Of a DNA stretch of 64,000 bases, positions 22,901 to 35,323 are shown one piece after another. The notes under the pieces are model-generated. The model was not told where the DNA came from. It saw only the letters and a program-made list of their open reading frames with translations, and made no database searches. The DNA is from Anthoceros angustus. Lineage: Eukaryota; Plantae; Anthocerotophyta. Position 1 is the stretch's first letter. Each line of letters begins with the position of its first letter. The DNA is taken from contig MU008221.1 of NCBI GenBank assembly GCA_010909165.1, forward strand, positions 1-64,000, written 5' to 3'. A program made the translations under genes and the position numbers.

Positions 22901-24420
22901 TACTCCCCTCCTCACTGTTTGCGTCCTGCAAACAGCAGTCTCGGTGAAGGTACTTCTTAACCTTCCACCCATTTACTCGGTGGTAACATTCGCCGGGGTT
23001 GCAGGATCCATTCTCATATCTGCTACTACCTCGTAGGTCCCATCCATCTCATAAACTTCCAGGAAGTCAGTGACTATCGTGAGAAGAACTAAATCCCGTG
23101 ATAGCCTCACTTCCTCACTTTTCCATCATGCCGGTCCTTTACAGTTCTGAATTATTTGAGTCTCCTCTAAAGCATCTTCCCTCGTTCCTCCTGCTCTATG
23201 AAAGATTCTAGCCTAGCTACGGCTATCTTCTCTGATCGTTCATCCTCCATGATCACCTGTGGTAGGTACTTCAAATTCCACGGGCATCACGGCGACATTC
23301 CATCGTCGGATAATAAGGGTCTTCTTGGTGGTTACCTTCTCCATGATCCTGTAAGCCCACAGTCTTGAATGCAACTTAGCATCATCATACATGTATTCTG
23401 ATTACCTTGGTGAGGATTGTGCCTGACAACCCGTTCGTCTTCTCTCAATCAATCCGTTCGCCTTGGGGTTGTAGGGGTCGTCTTCGATGCGAATGTTGAA
23501 GTAGGTGGTTAGGGACTCAATGACAGAGTTGAGGAAATGTGTCCCCCGGTCGCTGACCAACTCCAAAGGACACCCGTACCTCGTTATGATGTTCTCGAAG
23601 AGAAACTTTGCTACTGCGGGTGCGTCGTCCTTCCTCGTCGCTTCCACCTCCACCATCTTCGTGCAATAGTCCGTGGCCACCAAAATGTACTGCTTCCTTG
23701 TCCATTGGGTCGGTGGTTTGATCGGTCCCACGAAATTGATTCCCCATTTCTCGAATGGCGCTAGCGGTAGTATATAGGTGAGGGGCCATTGTGTCGACAG
23801 TGTAGGCCGCCCAACCCTCTGACACGCATCACACCTCCGGGTGAACTCCACACATCATACGCCGTAGCCGAACGCATTTAAGATCTTCTTAACGGTCACC
23901 TGTACCGAATAGTGTCCACCTGCCTCTTCTGCATGTAGCGCCTCCGTGACGAGTGCTGCCTCTTCAACCTCGAGGCATCTCCGGATCTTCTCGTCCGGCC
24001 CCAGCTTGTATAGGACGTCTTCCCTTAGGCGATAGGGTGCGGCTTTATGGAGAAAAACAGCCCGCCCTTCCCTAGACAAACCATCAGGCATGATACCCTG
24101 CTCTAGGAATTTGCGCACCTCACCGTTCAGCAGATACCTCGGGCATGAACGCCCCTCGCGTTCTAATCTCCTCCTTCCAGGCAGACTACGTCGCCTCCTG
24201 CCAGTTCGCCCGTTAGTAGCCCCAGGTGGCGTGGATCCATCTACAAATCCATCGCCTCCCTGCTTCGCCCATGCTGCACGTGCCTTGGCCTGCAGCCCGT
24301 TTGCGTGCTCCTCCTCCGACAGTGGGCTGATCTTTTCCATTCCGGCTGGCCTTGCCTCGTGACTAGGTCGGTGAGGCTCCATGGCGACCTCTTCGCCTTC
24401 ACTGCTTCCTCCACGTCCTC
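22901..24420 (-). mobile_element. 3' fragment (integrase, 3' UTR, PPT) of Gypsy element B, family 1
   Basis: ALHAEEAGGHYS, CDACQRVG, FEKWGINFVGPIKPP, LELVSDRGTHFLN. Homologous to 5348-6740; breaks off at ~24420. Confidence 0.92.
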
Positions 24421-26199
24421 TTTAGGGCCATCACAAATTGAGCAGCGGTATTCCTTTGCTCAAGGTGTATGAGCACCTGTCCGGAGATGCAATGGTGAAT
24501 CAAGAGCAAAAACAACCTCTCCACTGTCGACCCGATGTTGCGGCGACACCAACTTCGGGCGATGTACCACCCACGATCCACACCTATGGTTACGCATGCA
24601 CAACAATACTATGAGAATGTGCCCTCTATACCCTTGGGCGAATCCATTTTGGCACCAAATTGATCTTCCAGCGCACTAGGCGGCATGATGGCTCATAGCA
24701 ACTAGATCGTGGCGGCATGCGGGAGCATAGATCGCCTCTGATCGGTATGCGGTCTGGGGTGGGCGCGGCATTTTGCCAAGTTTAGCTTGGTCGGTGGCTC
24801 CATTGTCACAAGGTACATACTTCCACAAATATTCAGGTTTTGCAGTAATAAATCCGATTCGCCATGCATATCTCGGCGTCTCGATCATGGCAATCATTTG
24901 TGGCATTTAACGGTCTTCACCGCCATGAGGCTGTAACCGCAAATCTCACATCCGTGTTTGGCGTCGGTCATTGCGTCCAATCGAGATATTTAGTCACATC
25001 TTAGAAACCGACGATTGCGTGTCTTGACTCGAGCACATTGTGACCATCATTGCGGCTTGTCTCGTAGCCGCATGGCTAACGACCTAAGCGCGAGGAGGAG
25101 TTCTTTGATTTGGTAAACAGCGAATAGTTCCAGGTGATGCGGATCTCGGACATGTGTCGAGTCGAGATAGTGGACTTGGCGGTGGCCTCGGACGAGACTT
25201 CCATGTCGACAACCTCGCACCGTGTCGATTCCATCTTAGTAGACATTGCTGCCATTTTTGCATCAGTTGAACCCGGACGTCCGGTGATGGCTTGCGTATT
25301 CTGGGGAGGCGGAGCGAAACCGACATGGCCTTAGATGAAAGCGGACTGCGGGGTGATACATCGGACGTGGCAGCGATGGAGATTTGCTCTTGTTTGATCA
25401 CGGATGGACACGAAGCGGGCGGGCGGGATCAAGAAGAAATCGCGGCCCATGTGGGACGGGTGGCCGCGGCTCATCGAGAGGCCTCGATATCCACATCTGA
25501 CGGATGCATCTGCCCGCCTCAATGCCCCGAACTGTACCGGGTTTGTTCAAGTCACGAGGCGAAGAAATTGGCAGGATGTTCTTCGATCCAAGTCCGGTCG
25601 GCGGATTTCTCCGGCGCCAGGAGACAAGGTGGCGCCAACAACAAACCCATTTTGTGCGTCGCGAGTACTATCAACCTTGCGTCACACGGGAACCACTCAT
25701 GAGAAGACGGATTACGAATCAGAGTATTGCGAGTCTCGGATTGTGGTGAGATTGTGCATGAGATCGTGGATTTGGATTGCAATATGCACCTTTGGTGGGT
25801 CTCGAAGGCACTAGTAGAGGAAGGACACGGAGATCACATCGTGCGCGACCAATTACCTTTGTTCGGAGATGTGAAATCACCGACCACGGGTTACATTTGC
25901 GAAATCTGCCTCAGCTAATCCTAAGTCTAAAGGGCTGAGTTGCATTCCGTGGCGAGGCAGTGTGTTCCACCAAGAACCAGCAAGAGTTAATGGATCACGT
26001 TACGGCAGCCTGTAATCGAATGCTATGTGCGGTTGAGAAGGCGATCTGGGGAAAAAGTGCTTAGGCGGTGAGGAAGTAGCAAACTCAAGTCGATCCGTGT
26101 GTCCTTTTTCCATGACGCAAGAGCGAGCAGCATTTACAAGACCTTATTGATATGGTGGAGGCGAGGAAGCGGGTGTGTGGTGACGGATGGGTGAACAAG

Positions 26200-28300
26200 G
26201 TACCACATGGGAAGGTTCCGATGTGTCGGGGCATCACGGTGTTGCATTGGAGCATCTTGTACCGGAATGCTCAAACCCGAGTACAAAAGGGAACCAGTTT
26301 CTGTTGAGGCAAGGCTTGGAAGAATCCCAACTTCATATGGTCTACAAGTGATGTGGATGGATACATTTTCAAAGGAAATGTGGAGACTACCAGTAGAAGT
26401 ATTCAATCACTGATACATTCACAAAGGAGGAGATTTTCATAGAGTATGCCGAACTAGAACAATTACCACACATGTATGTTACAAATTTATTTTGTGGATG
26501 GATCGCCACTTTCGGTCGGTGAAGATTCCACGATGCAACCGTTTTCAATATGTCTTGTGTGAAAGCGAAAATAAAAATGCGGGGAGCGAGCAAGGTGAAG
26601 GCCGTGCATCTTAGATATGTGGTTAAACAACGGGATGTCCGGTGATTGGCATGTCCTTTATGGGCAACCCAAAGCCCGTTTTAGGGTTTTGTACAAATAT
26701 TTGCTCTTCCTGCGGTCCCAAGGAACGTTTGCCTTGACCCGGACTTGTACTCATGGTGCGCCTGTCTTGTATGTGCGAGATAGACGAGCTCCTTAATTAC
26801 CACCGCGATCAACAACAAGGGCGGGCGAAGATGGCGAAGCATCGCGGCAAGTGTATGGCTCAACCGACCAAGTACATTGGAATGGCGATAGATGGTATGG
26901 ATCAAAAAAAGCGAGTTGCCTCATTTCCGTAGAGTGCCCAAGGATGTCGATAATGCAGCCCTTGTCTCATTCATGTGCTTGGGGTTTTGGTGTTTAGCAA
27001 ATACATGCGGACTTGTGTACCTAAGCTTCCCCAATATTAATGATCCCACGGGACAATAGCGTGGTCCACATGTTATTAACAATTGGGAAGGCCACTTGCC
27101 TAAAATTCTATACCTCGGATGGACAATCTGCGTAATAAGAATCAAGAGGTGTTGGCGTATTGTGCGATGTTAGTGTCCAAGGGTATTTTCAAGAAGGTTA
27201 AAGTGGGCTTTTAATTGTTGGCCATACCCATGATCAGATTGATCAAATGTTCTCCGCTTTTTGTCTTGAATCTAAAGGAGGCCTACACCTTGCGAGCTGA
27301 TCGCTTGCCCGCAGTATACTCCATCACCGAATGTCTTCCTCATGAAGGAAGTGCGACTTCAAGAAATATCTGTCCACCGGTGGTCCCTCACAGACACAAT
27401 CACGACTTTCAACATCGTTTAAGATAACTCGAGAAGAGTTGCCTAGTCACCAGTATGTTACGGTGTTGAGGTGCAAGCAATTTTCCCAGCTGCTGGACCC
27501 CGGATGGTGGTGTGCATTGCGATGGATGGAGTACCGGAGAGGAGATTGTGGCGGGCTGGTGCCATTGCATGTGAGGGCGAAAGGCAAAGGGCAAAAGGAA
27601 CATGCAGATGTGCCTCCGGACAGGGCTGTCGCGGGAGTGGAGGACAATAGGCAGCGTTTAAAAGTCGGATGTTTTAATGATCAACAACTGTTGGTGGGAA
27701 GCTTTTGGGAGGAGCAACTAGCAATAGCGGGTGTGGTAGCCTGGTGCTCTCCCTCCCAGAGCACATGGACATGGTATAATAGAGGAGGCAGACCCGAACC
27801 GGAAGATCCAGATGAAGTGGTAGTAGATCTTGCATTAGCAAGGCATATTCGGACAAGAGAGAGATTTACAGTGCACAGGACTGCTAGGCGACAGCGTCGG
27901 AACAAGACAAGGGTCTATTGCGGATTGAAGCGGGCATGATGCTTGCATGCAGGCGGATGACCGGGAGGCCGTCCTTTCTGGGTGGGTAAGGTTGTGGCGG
28001 TTGACCATGATGGTGTTGAACCGATAGCACAAGTGCATTGGTGGCGGGCTGAAAACCAAAATGCACTGGACGGAAGGTACTCGGAAGAGTGGGTGCCATG
28101 CACCCCAACAGCAGGCCGGAGGAAAGGGAGACGGCGGAACCCTTTGAAGAGGCATGTGCAACCCATCAATCTAATGGAGACAACAATTATGGGTTATGAT
28201 TTTGAGCTAACGAGGAATAGGACTTTGAGCAAAGACACAGTGGAAATGTTGAAGAGAAAGATCTTTGAGCTTGAGCGGAGCCAAGTGAGAACGCTTTGCT
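26200..28300 (+). mobile_element. Degenerate Sola/DUF7869-like DNA transposase
   Basis: Frameshift-joined motifs: VKIPRCNRF (~26520), MAIDGMDQKK..LPHF (~26890), DN..NKNQEVLAYCAMLVSKGIFKKVKVGF.VGHTHDQIDQMFS (27120-27255). C-terminal PFWVGKVVAV..VHWW segment (~27970-28040). Termini not found. Confidence 0.75.
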
Positions 28301-29728
28301 TCCTCCGGTTGATCTGCGGAAGTGGTGACGAAACGTTGATTCCGATGATCTCGACAATGTTGAATCTTGATGCATCCGTTGATTATTTGGTGGACTTGCT
28401 TGAAGGTGTGGACTCGGTGAGGAGCGATCGCAACCCACCGATTCTAAATTTTGAGGTTGGCCAGATAGAATCATGAAGTCTCGAATGAAGCAAGGATGTA
28501 ACCAAAGGTTTTTGATTTATGAGTCGTTTGTTGGTGCGCGGACGTCCGGTTTTTGTCGGGGTTGATGGTGCTTCGTCGGGTTTTTGTCTGAGTTGATCTT
28601 TGGACGGATGTCCGGTTGTTTGTTGTTCTCAATGTATGGAAGGCATGATTCTTGTTCACCGGTATAGCTTGTTTGGCGATTGATGGGAAGCGGGGAACCA
28701 CGATCGTGGTTGAAGCAGAAACCATCGAGAGTTGCAGTTTGGATGCGAGGGAGGCTGGTGAAGGGAGGTTGATTAAACCCCAAACCGAGCGAGTTACATC
28801 CCCTTACTCTCCTCCTACTCTCCAATTACTTCCCATGTTCACATCACCTTCTACGGCGGTTTATGCTTGAGTGTGAATTGCTTTGCCTCCTCGTGCGGCG
28901 TTCTGCTGGAGGTGAGGGTTGCTGGGTAATAAATCCGGGAAGGGCTTGTTCGCGAGCAAGCGGCGGCGTTAAAGGGGCGGCAACAAGGCGGTGGTGGTGC
29001 AAGGCACGCTTTCTTTCTACAATCCGGTGAGTGCATGGGAGTTGCACACATGGCATGTTACAATTGCCTTTTCCTCCACCGCTTCCTTGTCATTACTCGA
29101 GTTGGCCATCCTAGTTGCTATTGGTAGCTATTGGCAGGTTATAGTCTTCTTGAGCCCACTATCCTTGCAGGCCCGAGGAACTGTCTGCGCCATCGTGCTT
29201 TTCGTGTGTTGGTGTTCGTGCTTGCGGAGGTTGCACCGTGAATAATGAGGGCAGTGGTTGGATGCAGTCCCCATGGTAGGCGGATATCCGGGAGGCGGAG
29301 GAGGTCCTCGGCCGTGCGCAGCGTGTCTTGGCAGAGGAGGAATCCTCCGTTGGAGGAAACCACGCTTCAGTGGCACGTTTTCATCCTCGAACGCCAGCGC
29401 TTGGTTTTCGAAGGGGGAGGTGGGGATCCGAGTTCTTGTGTGAGCACAGAGGTGGACACCTTCTCAAACCGGCGGATGAGAACCGCAGATATCTCGTGAC
29501 CCTCGAGATGGGCCCAGGAGGTTGCAGCCAGAGGAACGCCCGGGCCCTACCTCGCGATGAAGGCTGAAAATCGAGAGCTTTCCCGGGAGGAGAGGCGAAG
29601 ATGTGTGGTCTTGGCGACGGCGGCGGAGCCCTTGTGATGGCGGCGAAGCGCTGCAAAACGCGGCGTGATGGAAGGAGCTTCGTGAGGATCAAGCGCCACA
29701 AATGATCATGTGCCACCTTGCTCCGGTT

Positions 29729-29909
29729 TGAAACAAAGCACAATCTAATTGAGAATAAAAGCGGAGATATTACAAAAAGCGGAATGAAAGTGTTGATCTT
29801 TTATACTAAACAACCTTCACTTCAGCTATAAACCTTTGATATATATTACTTCTAACTTATATAACCTAACCCTAAGCGTAGTTAAGCTTATACTGTTATA
29901 ACTCTAACA
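29729..29909 (-). repeat. Probable Copia B 3' LTR (~180 bp)
   Basis: AT-rich, TG..CA termini on the minus strand, adjacent to the PPT. No partner LTR in the window, so the left end is uncertain. Confidence 0.55.
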
Positions 29910-30229
29910 CCCTCCTTTAAGCGTACGAGCTTAGAGAGGCATCCAAAGGACAATCACAAGGAGCGCGTGAGAAGGTTGAGGCGTGGCGTTCGTAACAACT
30001 ACAATCAAGTGCGCGCACGAGGTTAGCGGATGGCTATGAATATCGCGACGACCACCTGCCTTCATCACGCGTACACTTGGCGCATATTCTCGATCTGGAT
30101 CACCATGGCTCCGGGCGGAAGCGGGAAGAAGGGAGGTGCAAGCCCCGAATGAGCGAGCAAGAAGAGGAGGAGGCGAAGAAAGCACCGCCGCGCCTATGCC
30201 TCCGAGGGCGGAGTGGGATGAATGCCATA

Positions 30230-31760
30230 TCACAGGCTCGAGTGTGACACTTGGTGGTTGGAAGATTTCACTTGATGTGAAACGTCTTGGAGCAGCCAAT
30301 GAAAATGGAAGAGGAAGGCGTTTTGCCAGATGTAGAGAGAACGCCATGACTCAAGCCACTTCATGAGCAGGCTACCTGCTCAAAGAAAGGCGGAGAGAGA
30401 GCGTGATATTCCGATCCATCCGGTCGGTTAGAAAAGCGTGGAGCTTCATCCACCTTCGAATTTGGTGTTCTTTATAACCCTCCACCTGCCTCGACCTGTG
30501 TCGTGACCGGAGAACAAACAGGATTAACAACAACATCCGAGGACGTGGTCCTCACCGTAAGTCTCCTCACTTTGCTTTGAAGTCGTTGTAATTAAGCAAG
30601 GCCTTCCATATGTTTCGATGCTTGTCTTTGTGGCCTTTGTTAGGATGTCGGCTGTATTAGCATCTGTTGGCACATAGAGGATCTTGACAATTCCCCTCTC
30701 TACAGCATCCCTAACATAGTGATGATGGATCTCGATATGTTTTGTACGGGCATGGAAGCGGGGGTTAGCTACCAAAGCGATCGCGGACTGGTTGTCACAA
30801 AAGAGGTTAGTGGGACCATCCTGTGTCTCTCCGATATCCTTTAAAAACGTATGCTCCCATTCCACTTCTTTCGTAGCATCCGTAAGAGACTTATATTGAC
30901 CTCTCTTAGAGAGGGCTATAATGATGCTTCTTGCAGCTCGATTGAGGCTTGGGACAGAGAGAAAAGCGTATGTGGAGAGGCTTTTTGAGTCATGTCACAG
31001 GCTCGAGTGTGACACTTGGTGGTTGGAAGATTTCACTTGATGTGGCGTTGGAGCGGTGATGAAAGTGGAAGAGGCGTTTTGCCGCAGATGTAGGAAGAAC
31101 GCCGACTCAAGCCACTTCGAAGCGGGCCCGGTGCTCAAAGAAAGGCAGGAGAGAGAGTGGTGATATTCCAGCATCCAGGTCAGTTAGAAAACGTGGAGCT
31201 TCACCCACCTGCTGCCGGAATTTGGTGTTACTGTCTAACCCTCCCTGTCTCCTGACTGCAGGTGTCGGCAGAGACTGGAGAACAAACAGGATTAACAACA
31301 ACATCCGAGGACGTGGTCCTCACCCGTAAGTCTCCATCACTTTGCTTTGAAGTACTGGGTAGAATTAAACAGGCCAAGGCCTTCCATATGTTTCTGATGC
31401 TTGTCTTTGGGCAGGGCCTTTGTTAGGATGTCGGCTGTATTAGCATCTGTTGGCACATAGAGGATCTTGACAATTCCCCTCTCTACAGCATCCCTAACAT
31501 AGTGATGATGGATCTCGATATGTTTTGTACGGGCATGGGCGGGGTTAGCTACCGCGATGGTTGTCACAAAAGAGGTTAGTGGGACCATCCTGTGTCTCTC
31601 CGATATCCTTTAAAAACGTATGCTCCCATTCCACTTCTTTCGTAGCATCCGTAAGAGACTTATATTCGGCCTCAGTGCTGGAGAGGGCTATACTGGTCTG
31701 CTTCTTGCAGCTCCAGTTGAGAGCTGCTTGGGACAGGAGGAAAGCGTATGTGGAAAGGCT
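30230..31760. repeat. ~760-bp tandem duplication of the Copia B RNase H end and 3' region
   Basis: CACAGGCTCGAGTGTGACACTTGGTGGTTGGAAG at ~30230 and ~30997; HARTKHIEIHHHYVRD encoded twice. Confidence 0.9.
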
Positions 31761-34700
31761 TTTTGAGTCATTTATGCAAGCCCATGCGTCGGTGAACCCT
31801 TGAAGAGATAAGTGTCTCCGTACCCGCTCCTATAGCAAAGGCCTATATGATGAGTCCCTTTCAAGTATCGAAATATTCTTTTCACTGCCGTCCAGTGGGC
31901 ACGGCCAGGGTTTTCTAAGAATTGTGAAACAGTGCTTACGGAGTGCTGGATATCAGGTCTTGTCCAGTTACTAACAAAGATTAAGCTTCCAACAGCATGA
32001 CGATATGGAATATCACGCATGTCCTGTTGATCACCTTCAGTCGTAGCACATTCATACCTTGTTAGCTTAGCACCCACAGCACCTGGTGTGGTAGCTGAAT
32101 GTGCCTGGCCCATGTTAAACTTGTGTAGAATTTCTGCTATATACTTGTGTTGATGGATTATCAATAGTCCCTCTGAACGGACCCTCAACACTTGTATGCT
32201 AAGGCAGAATAGGAGATCCCCACTGTCGGTCATTTCAAAAGTTTGTAGTAACATGTCTTTCACTTGTGCCGGGGCGATCATTTCGTGAGAATGACGTCGT
32301 CTACGTAGAGAGCAAGAATCACGTAAGTTGCCCCTCTTTGTAACACATAAACATTTGAGTCTGCTGCACACTGACGAAAGCCAAGTCCTTTTAGTGCCTT
32401 GTCATGGCGGCAGCCGGTACTCGCTTTGCTTCAAGCCATAAAGGCATTTTATTATAGGCACACATAGGATGTGCGGGATCAACATAGCCTTGGCTCCATA
32501 TCTGATTCTTCTTCGAATGCCATGGAGAAAAGCGGTGCATACATCCATCTGCTGCGATTCAAGGTCGTGTTACTAAGGCAAAAGTAATCAAGAGATTGGG
32601 GGAACAACATGAGAGAATGTCTCCTGATAGTCGAGACCTGCAACTTGCGTGAATCCTCGAGCACAAAGTCGTGCTTTATATCTGGCTATCTTCCCATCTG
32701 CATTTAATTTATGCTTGAAGACCCATTTACACGTAATGGCCTTCCTGTTAGCTGGTCTGGGAACTAACTTCCATGTGCCATTTTTCATTAGGCTGTTGTA
32801 CTCATCATCCACGGCGAATTTCCATTTGTCCTTATCAGGACCTGTGAAAGCTTCAGTGAGGTTGGCAGGTTCTGGTGGGACAGGTGGAGGAGAAGTTCTG
32901 ACTCTGCAGAGTGGGAAAGTCAGCAGGTGCATCGATAACGTGGTTCATTCCATTCCGAGGGTGGAGGCTTGTAGCGGGTTGACCTACGTGGTCCATCATC
33001 TTCTGGAGGTGCCAAAGCTACAGGTGAAGGTGGTTCAACAGCGGCAGGCATGAGATAGTCATCACCTGCAAGTAAGTCATCTTCCGGGATAAAAGGATAT
33101 TCATCTTCCTCTAAGTTACCTTGATCCATGCCTGCAGCATGATAACCCATTGGATCTGGGTCTAGGACTAACTCATCGTCTGCTGTAAGTGCCGGACGCT
33201 CTTCTAAGTGATCAATAGCAGCATCATCAGCAACTGCTGGAGTTCCATTTGGATTGACATCCAGGTCGGCAATGGGAGGAACAGCATCTGCTTGTGCATC
33301 ACCAACTGTCACAGCAGGGACTGTGCCATCCACATCCATGGGATACAAGGAATGTAAGCCTGTGGGTGCCTCATTGCTGGTCACGTCCTCTGGAACTACA
33401 AGTTGCTCAACAGACTCTGCAGTAAGTGAGGCAGGCTGTAAGGATTCCATAAAAGTGACACTTCTCGCAAGAGTAGGTTGCAGAGTTGTGGGGTCTATCA
33501 ACTTGTAAGCCTTCACAGTTTCACTATAACCCACAAAGATGAGCCTTCTTGACCTGTCATCTAACTTGCGTCTCTTCTCTGCAGGGATATATGCGTAGGC
33601 CTTAGAGCCAAAAACCCTGAGATGGAGAAGACCTGGTTTCCTCTTCCAGAAGAGTTCATATGGTGTCTTTGCAGCAAGAGAACTTGTGCCAGAATGTAGG
33701 TAGTACACGGCGCACTCAATAAGGTGATGGTAAACCTCGACCACGATAACATTGCTCTTGTCATTCCATTAAAGTCTGGTTTTTACGTTCTGCAACGCCA
33801 TTCTGTTGCTGGGTATACGACACTATTAATTGATGAATGATGCCGTGTTCTGAAAATAGGTTTGTGAACGACTGATTCACGAACTCGGTGCCATTGTCAA
33901 ATCGAAAGATTTTTAACAAGCACCCGGTCTGGCGCTGAACTGTAACCAACCAGTCTTGGAAGATGGGGAAGGTCTCATTTTTCCTTTTCATGGGGAATGT
34001 CCATGAGTGCAGTATAGTCATCGGTGGTGAAATAATAGTCCCCAAGTGAAGAAACCTGAAGGCGGCCAGAAATATCACCATGGACAAGTTCAAGGGATTG
34101 CGTGGACCTATGTGCGGGGCCAGCAGGGAACGGCAACTCCTTCTGCTTTGCGAGAGCACATGTCTCACACAATGGAAGCTCCTTGAGGCAGGTAGGCAAC
34201 GGCTCTCTGTAACAGTCGATTTTATGTATGGATGCCAGGGTCTTGCGATTAAGATGGCCAAGCCGGGCATGCCATAAAATAGACTACAATTGTGCCGTAA
34301 GGTTTCCGACACTTGTTGCATAAGCCGTGTTTCTGCTGTATGGTAAGCAGGTGAAATCCAAACGATACAAATCATGTTCTGGTAAGGCCTTGAAAACACA
34401 TATCGAAGGTGAGGTCACTCGAGAAAGAAAGCGGCAAAAGTCAGTCTTGAGTTGTAGGAGTTTGCTTAAGGACAAGAGGTTCTTTGCCATTTTAGGGACA
34501 TAGAGAACATCTGTCAAGGTGAGCAGGGAACCATCATGTAGCCTGAATGTGCAGGACCCCTGGCCTTGTATCTGCAGGCTAGTGGTATTCTGCTCATCAC
34601 CCAAATAAACTCTATCTATATTAGAAGAGTGGGTGAGAGACTCAGAGAGACTCATCTCTACATATATGTGTGGCCCAATCCAAGTACCATGTTGCCTTAT

Positions 34701-35323
34701 CACCTGTAAGGAAGAAAGGCAAGCTAGGATTTTAACCAGCTTTGTGGTGTCACCAGTTTTCTTTCATGGTGGCACTTGCGGTGAGCGGAGGCCTTACATG
34801 GCTCGCCGGCTTTCTTCTCTGATCCCGTGACGGGTGACCACGATTCTGATTCTGTTTTCTTGGTGTGGAGGTTGAACACATCATCGTATCGGGGATCGTC
34901 AAATCGGGCCTTGAAAAGGCTGTTGCATCATTATTTTCCTCTTTGGCCACCTCGACCACGAGGCGGTGAGCACCACTGTCGACTTTGGAACGTCGGACCA
35001 CGGTGTCTACTCTGCTCTTCACGGAAGAGTGCACCAATGACCTCATCTAAGGTGAGTGAGGAGGATTTCCAGGCACAGTGACCTTTGCTTGCGATGGGAA
35101 CATTGTTGGATACAAATGATTGATAGCTAGGTGGGAGGCGGCTAATAGTTAGACTCTGACATCAACTTTGTCCATTCACGATGCCGTGGAGTAAGTTGTG
35201 CTCGGAGATGTCCGAACTTGCTGGTGTGAGCAAGCACCTTGTCTCCTTCCCGCATTCTTAGTCCATAGAATTCCATTCTGAGGGTACAGAGTGTAAGGAC
35301 ATTGTTGACCTGGTATTGATTCT

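Larger units (their letters stand above)
29729..35323 (-). mobile_element. Ty1/Copia element B (frameshifted, 5' end disrupted)
   Basis: PPT AAAGGAGGG at 29910-29918 then LTR start TGTTAGAG. RNase H (CDNQSAIAL..NPRFHARTKHIEIHHHYVRD), RT (YKARLCARGF, 31772-32932), integrase (RFDNGTEF, QQNGVAERKN), protease ~34300-34700, gag to ~35320. Confidence 0.9.

Noticed and set aside
30230-31760. Tandem duplication as a biological novelty
   Set aside because: Both copies are indel-noisy versions of the same sequence; an uncollapsed read overlap is at least as likely.
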